Positions 1-12,000 of a DNA stretch of 64,000 bases are shown piece after piece. The position numbers were made by a program, and so were the translations under genes. Every line of letters begins with the position of its first letter. Position 1 is the first letter of the stretch. This DNA is from a virus. Lineage: Duplodnaviria > Caudoviricetes. The DNA lies in the IMG/VR virus record IMGVR_UViG_2851870198_000001, positions 32,001 to 96,000 of that record; one strand, given 5' to 3'. The notes beneath the pieces were generated by a model. It worked only from the letters and a program-made list of their open reading frames with translations, was not told the DNA's origin and did no database searches.

Positions 1-3000
1 GTGCCCTCGATGGCGCTGTCCACGACGGCGCGGGCCACCGCGTCGGCATAGTCGTTCTGCACCGTGTCCCAGTTCGGGGCCGGGTTCGGGTTCCGCGAAC
101 CGTCCGTGCCCGCGGCCGGGGTCGGCGTAGGTGCCTGCGGCTCCACGTCCGGCTCGGGCAGCTGGTACAGCGCGTCGCCGGAGGCGAGGGTCCGCTTGGA
201 GCGGATCCCGTCGCCGTCCTCGACGGTCAGCACCCGCATCCCGCCGGCGGCCTCCTGGATGTGCACGACGCGGTACGCCGCCATCTCGTCCGGGTTGTCC
301 TCGCTGGGCAGGGCGATGATGTCGCCCTCGCCCACCGAGCCGACCGTGCCGGGCTCCGGCCGCCCCTCCGACACGCCCGCATCCGGAGTGCCAGCCCGTC
401 GGCTGAACTCGGCAGGCTCAGTGCCGTTCTTCAGGTGGGCGAGCACGTCTCGGATCGCGTCCGGCTTCAGGCCGTATATGCCCTTCAGCATGGACTCGAA
501 CATCCAGTCAGGCGTGCCGAGATTGGTCGTCTGGCTGCGGGCGTACGTGGCCTTGGCCTGTTCCCACGCCTCCCGCGAGATTCCGTCGATGTAGTTGATC
601 TGCGGGTTGAGGGGGTTCGGTGCCCGCCTCTTTCCGCCGATCACCACGTCTTCGGGAGCCGTGTCCGAGGTGGTCCCGGCGGCTTCCCCGGACGGACTGG
701 CCGCCCGGTCCAGGTGGTCAGCGGCCCGCTTGGCGGCGCGGCCCTCCGGCGTGGCCGGGTCGGCACCCTCGCGCAGGTCGTCGGCCAGGGCCGATGCTTG
801 CTGCGGGGTGACCGGCAGGTCCTGCCCGATTCGGGCCGCGGCCTGCTCGGCGTCCGGGTCGCTGGTCGCCGAGGCGCTGCGGTCCGTGGCGGCGTCCCGC
901 TCCTCCGGGGAGAGCTGCGGGTCGACCGTCGGCCCGGTCACCGGCTCCACGTGCGGCTTCGGCTCGTGGGAGGTGATCGGCTCGGCGGGCTTCGGAGTGT
1001 CCTCCGGCGCGAGGTCGGGGGCGCCGCCCTGGGCGTCGAGCGCGCGGTCGACGGGCGTGCCGTTGGGCACGGCCTGCCAGTCCGTTTCACCGGTGTCGGG
1101 GTCGTCCGAGCCGATGAGGGTGGTCTCCTCGTCCCGCTCGATGCCGGTGATCTTCGTGGGGTGGCCGTCGCGGACCATCACGTCGCCCTCCCGCAGGTCC
1201 CCGGCGGTAACCCGCTCCACGCGGGCCACCTTCGGCTGCTGGTCGGAGGAGTCTGCGGTGCCGCCCAGGACCCGCAGGCCCGTGACCGGCATGGGGGTCA
1301 TGCCGTCGGGGGTGGCGACGGTCGCGGTGTCGCCGTCGACCTCTTCCACGGTGCCGAGCATGTTGCCGTCCCGGTCGCCGACCACGTGGCCGACGTCGAC
1401 CCGGTGCCCGTCGGGCGTCCACCCGGCGGGCCGGGCGGCGCCGCCGTCGGTGACGTTCAGCGAGCTCGGCGCCTGGACGTCGTCGGTGCGGTCATCCCCG
1501 AAGCGGACCTGCACCGTGGCGGCGTTCGCGCCGACCACCACGCCGTCGTTGCCGCGGGAGTCGGTGACGAGGGAGCCGGGGAACAGGCCGTTGCCGCTGG
1601 CGTCCGTGGCTACCCGGCCGGAGATCCGGCCGGTGAGGACGTCGGAGTCGGCGCCGGTGCGCGGGGATCCTTCTGTGACGGTCGTGTCGTCGCCGTCGCG
1701 GGTGGCGCGGGCCGCGGCCGCGTCCGGGCTCACCCACACGGGGCTGCCCGCACCGTCGGGGGTGTCGGAGATCAGGATGCGGTGCTTGTCCTGCATCTTG
1801 CGGCCCTGGGTCGTCTGGATCTCCCTGGGCCCGTCCACGACGTATCCGGCCAGGGTCCGGGTGGTGCCGCGCTTGGTGGTGCCATCGACGCGGACCAGGT
1901 CGCCCATGCCGAGGTCGGATACCCGCACCCACTCGGCGGGCCGGCCACCGACCGGCTCCGGCGGGGCAGGCGGCTCGTCCGTGCCGGTGTCCGCGGCGGG
2001 TGCCTCACTCTGCTGCGGACGGGACGCCGGGGCCCCGCCCGTACCCGTGCCGGTGCGCTCGCCCGACTGCGGGCCGCTGCCCGTGCTGCGGCTGCCCGCC
2101 GCCGTGGGGGAGGCGTCCGTACCGCGGGCGGGAGCGTCACCGCTGCGGGAAGCCGCACCGCCCTGCGACGGTGCAGCCGCGCCGCCCGTGACCGGAGTGT
2201 CCTCCGACCGGGCCGGAGCCTGACCGGACGGGGCCTCGCGGTCCTGGGACGTAGCCGAACCGCCAGCCCGGGCGTCCCGCTGCCCGGGCTCCGGGGAACC
2301 AGCGTCAGGCGCCGAGCTGCTGCCCGGGGCCCGGTCGAGGCCGTTGGGGTGGTCGAGGCGAGAGGTCTCGCCGAGCTGCCGCCCGTAGGTGTGCTCATCC
2401 AGCGGCAGGCGGACATCGCCCGCAGCCATCAGCCGGCGCACGTTCTCATCGGCGGGGATGAGGAACGTCGAGCCGCCGACGCCGTACTGGCTGCGCGGGC
2501 TCGGGGACAGGGCAATGCGCCGCGCATTTGTCCGCTTGCCGTTCTGGGTGATCGTCGCCCGGGCGGGCTTGCCCACGACGTAGCCGATCTGGTCACCCGT
2601 CGCCCCGGGGTACAGGCCAGTGATGCGGCCCGACAGGCGGACGATGTCGCCCGGCTGGAGCTCGCCGACCGGCACGCTCACCGCGCGGCTCTCGCCGCCG
2701 TCGGCCTTGAGCTGGTCGAGGAACTGCTTGGCGGCACGATCCTGCCGGTGCTGATGGTGGGTCGCCCGCGGGTCCTCGGGTCGCAGGGAGTTGAGCGCAT
2801 CACCCAACATCCGGGCGAGCGAACCAGGGCCGACCATGTGGCCCTTGCCCTGCTCACTCTCGGGCTCCTTGTAGTGCGTGGAGTCGAGCCACAACAGCTC
2901 ATCGTGGGCGTGGGCCAGGTCGTCCGCCACGTTGCCACTGGGGGACTCGCCCCGCCCGAGCTGGGCGAGGTGAGCGCGCAGCCCCCGGTAGCGGCGCATG

Positions 3001-6000
3001 TCGTCGGCGTTGTCCTCCAACGACGGGTAGCCGCGGAACTCATCGTCGGGGTTGAACGCGAGGCCGTTGTCGTACAGAGCGATGCCCCGGGCCAGCCGTT
3101 CCGGCACGACGCTCAGGTCGGGCTCCCCTCGCTCCTTGTCCCGCAGTACGAGGTTGGCGATGGCCGCCTCACGGGTGGAGAAGTTGATCCCTCGGCTGTC
3201 CCACGGCTCCTGACTCCACCAGACCTCTTCCGGGTTGTCGGCGTTGACGAAACGGTGCGGTGCGAACAGACGCCCGATGAAACGGCCGTTGCGCCACACC
3301 TGCTCTCCCTGGTCGGCCTGGAGTGCAGGGGTGGGTGCGGTGCCTTCCTCGGCGAGCTCCCGCATCCGCTCCGGCGACCCGAAGAGCACACGCTCACCCT
3401 CCGCGCTGATGATCTCCTTCTCGCCCGTCGCGTACTGCTCCCGCATCTCGTCCGTGCTGGGCACGCGCGGGATGTCGCCCTGCGGCGCCGCCGGACCCGC
3501 GCCCACGCCATCCGTACGGCCGCCCGTGCTGGTGCCGTCAGGGGCGTTCGCCGTGGCGCGGGAACGCGCCACGTAGTCCTCGGTCGGCATGTCGACGTCG
3601 TCGGCCCGGGCCAGGAGACTGCCGGTGCCGTCGGCAGGCACCTGGACGGTCATCTCGTGGCGCGGCGTCACCCGCTGGGCGTCGGGGTTGTCGTCCCACG
3701 GAGTGGAGCCAAGGCGGAGTTGCCAGACCCGTTCCTTCTGCCCGTCACGGGTGCGGGTGACCCGTTTCGGCGTACCACGCAGGTAGCCGCTGTACTCGGT
3801 GTCGTTGATGTCCCACGACGGCCGCTTGCCCATGACGCGGACGACGTCGCCCGGACGCAGGTCCCGGATCGGCGTCGCGGTGCCCGCAGAACCGGACTCC
3901 TCAAGCGCCTGGAGAGCCTTCCACGCGGCCCGCGCCTTGCTGATCTGGTGGTGTGAGGCCCGCGGGTTGTCCGGCCGGATGGTGTTCAGCAGGTTCCGCA
4001 GGTTCGCCGCGTCCGCGCCGGGCTTCCAGAACTCGTCACGGTTGGGCTTGTAGCGGCCCGTCACCCAGTCGAGTTCGTCGATCGCCTGCGAGATGTCGTC
4101 GGCGACGTTCCCGCTGGCCGGACGCCCCGCGCGCAGGTCTTCCAGCAGCCCGCTGAGCGCCCGCCAACGCTCGCTCTCCTCCGGGGTGAGGTCCAGCCGG
4201 CCGGGCGCCTCCTTCGGCATGCTCACCACGCTGCCAATGAACGGTGTCGATGGCGCGAGCCGGTCGACGGGCAGCTCCCCGTGCTCCTGCGCCAGGCGCA
4301 CGAGCTCAGCGACAGCCCCCTCCCTCTCCTGGAAGTCCGGGTGAGGGTCCCGGGTGAACTTGCTGTAGGGCGCCCATGAGCCGCCGGTCGTGTGGATGGC
4401 GTGGCCGATCAGACGGCCGCCCATCCACACCTCGTCATAGCTTCCGGCCGGGCCGAGGTCGTCCACGGCGACCGCCTGGCGGGCGAGGTCACGCATCCGG
4501 TCGGCCGAGCCGAACCGGCGCGCGGCCGCCGCACGGTCGAGAGTCCGGCCAGCGTCGTTGTCCTGGCCGCTGCCGTCACCGCTGCGCGAGGCACCACCGT
4601 CCGGACCGTCGTCGGGCGCGTCGCTGTCGATGTCGGGCATGTGCGGGACGCGCGGCCGCGGCAGGTCCGGGCCGCCGCCTGCACCCTCGGGGCGGGGCCG
4701 GTCGTTGCCGGAGCGGTTCCGCCGCCTGCGACGGTCGTCGTCCTCCCGACCCTCCTGGTCGCCGTCCCCCTGGCGGCCACTGTCCTGGCCACTGTCGTCG
4801 TCGCCAGGACGCTGCGGGGCGTCGCCGCCGTTCGGAGGCTCACCACCCCCGCCGCTGCCGCCTTCGCGTCCCTCACGCTCCCGCTTCGGCGCCCGCTGGT
4901 CGTCGTTGTCCTCCCGCCGGCCGTCGCGACGGTCCCGCTCGTCCGTCTGCGCCGGACGGTCATCGTCCTGCTCACCGCGGCCCGTCGCAGCGTCGTGAGC
5001 GGCCACCAACCCGGCCTTGGCGAGCTCCTGGCCGTGCCACGTCCGCCGCTGACCGTCACTGGTCTCGGAGTGGTACAGCAAGACCTTCTCGCGGTCGTTC
5101 TCGATCCGGCCGATCTCTACACCGTCAACGCTGACAGTCCACTCCGCCTCACGGTCGAACTTGTCCTTCGCGATCGGGGTGAGCTCGGCGCGGGCCGCGA
5201 GAGCACTGACACGGTCAGGGCCACCGAGCTCGTACGTCTCGTCATCGACCGGCACCTCCCACTGGGTGAAGGTGTCCGTACGAGCCCGGCTCCGCGCCTT
5301 CTTGCGAACCGCCGGCTCCGGGTCCTCCACGATCACAACCCACTGATCAGGCTTCACATGGGTCTGCCCATGGTCGGAGTCCAGCGTCACCGACCGGACG
5401 TCGCCCTCACGGCCTCCGCGGTGCGTGTGAATGACGTAAGACGGCGGCTCAAGGCCGTTGAACGTGTCGTCGCCCGGCTGGCGGGACTGCGCTGCGTGGA
5501 AGATGTCTCCCTGGCGAAGGTCAGACCCCCGCGCCCACCGCATGCCCTTGGGCAGCTCCGCCTCGCCGACCTTGACCACACCGGATCCGGCCTGGGCGTC
5601 AGCGAAGGGAGCCGGCGGCGCGCCGAGCGTCGTCCGTCGGCCGTTGTCCCAGTACTGCCCGTGCCAGCGTCCGCTGTCTTCCCGCCTGGCCCATCCGGCG
5701 AACGCCGACCAGTAGGCGTCAGCGTCCGACTTGGCGGCGTGAAGGGGCCGCATGGCCTCGGGGTACGCGCCGCGCACGCCGAGCGCCACCTGGTCGGGAT
5801 TGTCACCGCCGACCACGTTGACGATGAAGTCCTCTGCCTGCTGCTCGGAAAGACCGTGCTCCGCCGCTCCAGCGCGGGCCCGCGCGATCTGCTCACGTAC
5901 GGCCGTCCGGATCTTCCCGGTGCGGTCCTTGAACATCTCCCCGGCCAGCTCGCGGGCCTTCTCCCGGCCCTTCTCGGTGGCGATGTGGTCGACCAGCACC

Positions 6001-9000
6001 CGACGGAGGTCCAGGCGCAGTTCCTCACCCGTCTGCTGCACAGAAGAACGCAGATCCGCAGCCAGGCCAGCGAGGTACTGACGGGCCTCCGGCGGCGCCT
6101 CTGCAAGGTTGCGCCGGGTGTTCTCGTCGTACTGCGCCAGCGGATCAACGGCAACAGCCGTGCGGAGCCACAGCCGCACTCTCTCAGGGTCCACCGACCC
6201 CAGCCAGTCCGGGCTGTGGTGGGCGAGCACGCGGTCGAGGTACGCGTTGCGCACCCCTGCCGGCTGCGGCTCCGCCCACACACCCGCCCAGCGCTTGATG
6301 CCGTCCGCCCGGCCGGTCGTATCACCGGGGAAGCCCAGCATCGGACTGTCGTTCGCCTCGGCGACCGCCAGAGCAGCCGCCTCCGCCGGGTTCGAGACAG
6401 CGGTGGCCGTGCCGGTGACCTCACCGTCTGAGGGCTGGAACCATCCGAGAGACCCGTGAACGTCGTGGTGCGCGCCAACCCACCCGCGAGAGGCGGGCCC
6501 ACCGGACGTCTGGAGAGAACCGATCCGCTCACCGTCGAGGTAGACGGCGCGACGAGTCTCGCTCATGTCGGCCCGGTCCGGGAGCGAAGAGTGGGGGACG
6601 ACGGTAGGTTCGCCGAGTTCAAGGGGCTTGCCGTCGAACTCCCCGGCCCTCTCCCGGGTCCCCTCCGCGGCCGCCGAGGGCACCGCGGGCGCGTTCTGAC
6701 CGCCGCTGCGAGCGACCCTGTCCTCCGGGACGGCCACGATGTTGTGCTGCCTGAACAGCACCGAGGGGTTGAGCTCGTCACCCCACAACGCGATGCCATC
6801 GGAGTCGAACCGCACAGGCTCGCTGCCGCGGACCACGACCTCCTTGTACATCTGGCGGCCACGGGTGCCGTGCTCCAGGAGGTCTCGGACACGGAACCGG
6901 TCACCCGGGCGCATCTCGATCGACATGGGGTCCTCGACGGCCGTCCAGCCCTCCGGCACCCGCTTACGCCTCGCGCGCTGCTCCCCCTCGTGCTCTTCCA
7001 GGCGCCGCGCCAGATCCGAGGTGTCCTCGCGTCCCGGGTTGCCCTCCGGCAGCCGCTCCACCAGGTCGCCGAGGCCCACGATGGCGTGCTCTCCGAACGT
7101 GCCCTTCTCGGACTTCGGTCGCTTGGCGGAGACGTCGAAGGTGACACGGCCGTCGTAGACCCTGACGCCCGTCACCTTGCCGACTATGCGGCCCGGACCA
7201 CGGCCAAAGATGTCGTCCTGGTCGACGGACACCCAGTCACCCTCACGGATCTCCGACGCTGGCACCATGTCACCGCCGTAGCGGGACGCCGCGGCCGGAG
7301 CATCGGCGCCGTCGCCCGCAGCAGTGGGGGCGGGTGCCCCCGAACGCCCGGCATCACCGCGGTGCCCGTACGGGACCCACTCCGGATTGTCGTAGTTGCC
7401 GACGACGTCCGGCTCACCGGGCGGCGGCATGGTCTGCCAGTTGAGCCACGCCCGCCGAGCCTGCGCACGGACCTTGTCCGCCGCCCTGTTGAGAACGGCC
7501 TGCTCCCGGCGGCCTTCCGGCGTCGAGGTGTCGACATCGTCCGCGGCCGCGGTGAACGCCGCGGCGATGCGCTCCATCTGCTGGTAGTTCAGGCCTCTGC
7601 TCCAGCCCTGCGCGGCCTGGCTCAGCTCAGAGTCGGAAGACTTCTCCCAGCCCTTGATCAGCTTGAAGAACTGCTCACGCTGCGCGTCGCTGAACTCGGA
7701 GTACTGGATCTCATCCCGGCCTTCCTCCGGGCGCAGGTGCCGCCAAGAGGTGTCCTGCAACGGGAGCCGCATGTGGGAGTCGCCGAGGCCGCCGTCAATC
7801 TGCTGGGCGGCTTCCCGCGGCCCATGCAGCGGGTCGGACGCAGACTCGGCCGTGCTTCCCTGGGCGGTTCCGCCGCGAGCGTCCTGCCCCAGCCACACGG
7901 AACCGCGGCGGCGCACCCAGCCGACCACATTGCCGTCCTCGTCCAGCACCTGGCCGTGGCCCTCGTCCAGGTTCAGGTTGGCCAGACGAGACCCGTAGAA
8001 GAGCTGCAGGCCTTCGGGAGACTGCGCCGCCTCCGAATCCCGCTGCCTCTTCTCCTGGCGTGCTGCTTCCTTCGCAGTGGGGGCGTCATGCTCGGCCGTA
8101 CGCGCCTCCCCGGGCATCGACAACTGCCGGGGCTCGTACGTCCGCGGAGCTCCACCGCCGTCCAGCACGATGACCTTGTCGCCGTCGGAGACGATGACGC
8201 GGCCCTCACCATTCGGAGTGACGACCCAGTCGTCCACACCCCACTGGCGGCCCGCTGCAGTCTCCGGAGCATCCGCCGAGGGGGACGGCGCCGGGTCCGG
8301 AGCCGTGTCCGCGGAGGGCGCCGGGGTGGTGCTGACGGGCTCGTAGCGGCCCTCGGCGAGAGCGCGGTCGAGCTCTTCATCCGAGGCGACCGGGAGCTGC
8401 GGCCGGCCCTGCCCGTTCAGGCGAAGCACCTGGGCCGGGCCGATCCACTGCTCGCGGTCCTGGCCGTCGACCTCGTAGCGGACGTACATGCCGGGGGCGT
8501 CGATCCGGTCGACGGTGCCGACGTTCGGGGTGCCGTCCTCCTCTTGGAAGTCGATCCGGTCGCCGACGTTGAACTCGTCCAGCACCCAGTCCCGGCGGTA
8601 GTCGCCGTTCGGCGGGAGCGTCGGGTCGTCCTCGCGGGTTGCCTGGAACACCCAGCCCAGCGAACCGGCGTCCAGGACGTCGGTGGCGCGAGTCAGGGCG
8701 ACGTACGCGACGCGCAGCGCCTCATCGTCGGGGATGGTCTCCCACTTGATGTTGCCGTGCTCGTTGTACTCCGGGCCGCGGAAGTCGTCTGCGATCCGGA
8801 CCCGCTCGGACTCCAGGCCCTTCGACTTGTGAGCCGTCGTCACGAGAACGTCGTGTTCCCGCTTCTCATCGACCAGGCGGCCGCCCTCGCTGTCCTCCTG
8901 CGGGTACAACTTCGCCAGGTGAGCGTCGATCTTCTGCTGCGCCTCCTCCAGGCTCAGCTTGTTGTCGACCTTGTGGACACCGCTGCGCCCCGAGCGCTCG

Positions 9001-12000
9001 TTCTTCCACGGCACATCCCGCTTGCCGGGCTCGTAGAAGTAGCGGCGGGTCGCCGGGTCGTACAGCAGCTTGCCGACGCCGTTGTTCTTCCCGTCGCCGA
9101 GCCACCGCTTGAGCTGGTCGACCTTCGGGTCGTTCCAGTCGAGATTGACCCACACGCGGCCGCCGACGTTCTCCGTCTCCGCCCGCTGCGCGCCGGACTC
9201 CAGCAGCTTGTCGATGTCGTCGGCGTGCTTCTCCAGCAGGTCGAACAGGCTCTTGAGCTGCTGCAGGTCCGGGTCGCCCTTCACGGCCTCCAGGATGTCG
9301 TCGAAGGCCATGCCGTTGAACCGGGCGAGCTCGGCATGGTCGGTGCGCTCCCCGTTGGCGAGCGCCCGGGCGGCCTGCACGAACTCCTGCAGATCCTTCA
9401 CGCCGCCGGACACGGCAACCCTGCGGCCGGCGCTGAGCGCTTCCACCGCCGCGAGCGCGACACCGGCGTTCGTACGGGCGATGACCATGGTCTCGTCGCC
9501 CGGCTTGATCGTGTCCAGGCGGGACTGCTTGCGGTCGAAGCCCTTGAGTCGCATCCGCGTGCCCAGCAGCCGCAGGAACCGGTTACCGGCGTCGGCGACG
9601 GCCGGCCCGAACCTGAACGACTGGGTGAGAGTCGCCCGCGCGTCCACTGGGAGCTTGCCCAGCGCGTCAGCGGCGCCCCGGAAGCCGTAAATGGCCTGGT
9701 TGGAGTCACCGACCGCGACGACCTGCACGCCCTGGGCCAGGGCGCCGCGGACCACGCCCTCCATGACCGGGTTGACGTCCTGCGCCTCGTCCCAGAACAG
9801 GGTGTCGGCGTCGAGTTTGTACCCGCCCAGGGCCCACATCTTGACGATGTAGTCGAAGTCCATCGTCAGGTCCTCGTCCGGGTCCCCGCGGGTGGGGTCG
9901 GTGAGGTTGTCCCACATGCGGTCAGCGAGCGGCTTCACCGCGTTGAACAGGTCGCGCCGCTCCTGCGCGCTCTTGGCGCCGGTGATGTGCTTCGGCAGCA
10001 TCTCCGCGTCGGCGGACTTGGCCCACTCGCGAATCATCCGCTCGGCGACCGTGGCCGCACCGCCCGGGGAGAGGTCCCGGTTCCCCGCCTTCACCGTGTC
10101 GTACCAGCGCATCCGGTCGGCGATCTGCTGCGCGGACAGCTTCTTGAAGCCGTTCCGCCGGTTCGACGGCAGCCGGTTGTTCAGCCGCTTGTCCGCCACC
10201 TTCGCCGCGTACGCGTTCGCGGTCGACGCGGTGAGGTTCTTCGCGTACTCGCCGCGAGCCTGAGCCTCACGGGCTTCCGCAGCCACCGACCGGTTGAAGG
10301 CCAGATACACGATCTTCTTGCCCGGCATGCGGTGGCTGAGCATCTTGAGCGTGGACGACTTGCCCGTGCCCGCGAGCGCCATCACCGCCATGTTCAGGCC
10401 GCGGCGGGCAGCGCCCTCGATGATGATGTTCTGCTCTTCGGTCGGCGGGTACGACTCGCGCGCCGAGGCCTCGGCGGAGATCCGCGCCCACTCCTCATCG
10501 GAGTAGCCGTGCTCCTTCGCCGCGGGCAGGTCTTCCACCCGCTCGACCAGGCCGACGGCCTCCGCGTCGTTCAGCCCGTACCCGGACAGGCGGTCGCGGA
10601 TAACGTCACCGCGGTCCCGCTCCTTCACCTTCCCGTCGTCGTCGTACTCCGGGGTCGGCTTCCAGCGGCGCCGCTCGGCGTCTTCGAGCTCGAACTTCCG
10701 CTTCTCCAGCCGGAAGCGGTAGGCCAGATCCACCGAGTCGGTCGCATCGCGCAGCGCCTCGATCCGGTCGTGGAGGTCATCGACCTCGTCCGCGATCTCC
10801 TCGTCGGTCATGTCGGCCGGCGACGTGCCCGCCACGGGGCGACTGTCCGACGGCGCGGACCGCGGCCGCTCCGCACGCTCAGGGACAGGCGAGGGGGCGG
10901 CCGGGGCCGGCTGGGGGTCCGGGGCGGCGACGGGACGCTCCTCGTTGCCCGCCGAGGTGGCAGGCGGATCGTCCTGGAACTCGCCGTCGCGGGTGCGGCC
11001 GACCACGTCGATGTACTCGACTTCCCGCTCGTCCCCGTTGCGCCCCCGCAGGATGGCCGAGTCGGGACCGGCCGAGCGGAGGAACTCGCCGCGCTGCTCG
11101 GCATTGAAGGCGCTGCGGTTCCAGAAGTGCACGGTGTCGCCGGGCTGGAAGTCGCCGCCCTCCCACGCCCGACCAGCCGACGGCGCAGCCGCCGGGCGGG
11201 TGTCGGGCTCGCTGGGCTGCGAGGTCTGGGAAGCGTCAGCCTCCGGGGCCGGGGCCGGGGCCGGGGACAGGCCGAGGCTCTCGCGGAGCGCAGCGTCGGC
11301 CTGCTGCTCGGCACGGTCGCGCTGCTCGTCCTCGCGACGGCGCTTCTCCACCGTCACCGCGTGCCGGGCAAGGTAGTCGTCCACCACCCGCATGAAGCGG
11401 GCCAGCGGCTCGGCGTCGACATCCGAGGGCAGCTCGTCGCGGAGACGCTGGGCGTGCTCGTGGGCCTCGGCGAGGCCGCCGGTGGCGTCATCGAAGTCGC
11501 CGGCCTCCTGGGCGGCGATGGCGTCGAACACCGCCGTACGCAGTGCCCGGGCGCTGCCAGGCTCCTCGCCGCGGCCGTAGGCGGCTTCCACAGCCCGGGT
11601 GATCTCACCCTGGGCCGCCTCGACACCCGCGAGGGCCTGCCGCCATTCACGGTCGTTGGCGAACGGGCGCACCGCGGGCTGCTGCCGTTCGCGGTTCCGC
11701 GGGGCCCGCTCGCGGGCCGGGGACGGCTGCGCGGCCGCGGGAGTCTCCTCCGGCTGCGGCTGGGCAGCCTGGCTGTTGTCCGCGGACTCGCCGGTGCTGG
11801 AGGCCTCACGCTCCGGGGCCTGCGCCGGCTGCTCGGGAGCAGCAGACTCGTCGGTCTGCGTCTCCGGCGCCTCAGACGCTTCGCTTTCGTCGTCCTCCGG
11901 CTCCTGGGGAGCAGTGGACTCGTCGGTCTCCGGCGCCTCGGGTGCTTCCGGCGCTTCGGTCTGCGGCGGCTCCGACGGGCGGGTGTCGCTGTCGGTGGCC

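Noticed and set aside
4409-5059. Second nested ORF in a G/D/R-rich linker of the giant gene
   Set aside because: The alternate frame is T/R/A low-complexity with no RBS, unlike 17726-18040
11830-11960. Short imperfect tandem repeat (ETDES.AP)
   Set aside because: Ordinary slippage in a disordered linker
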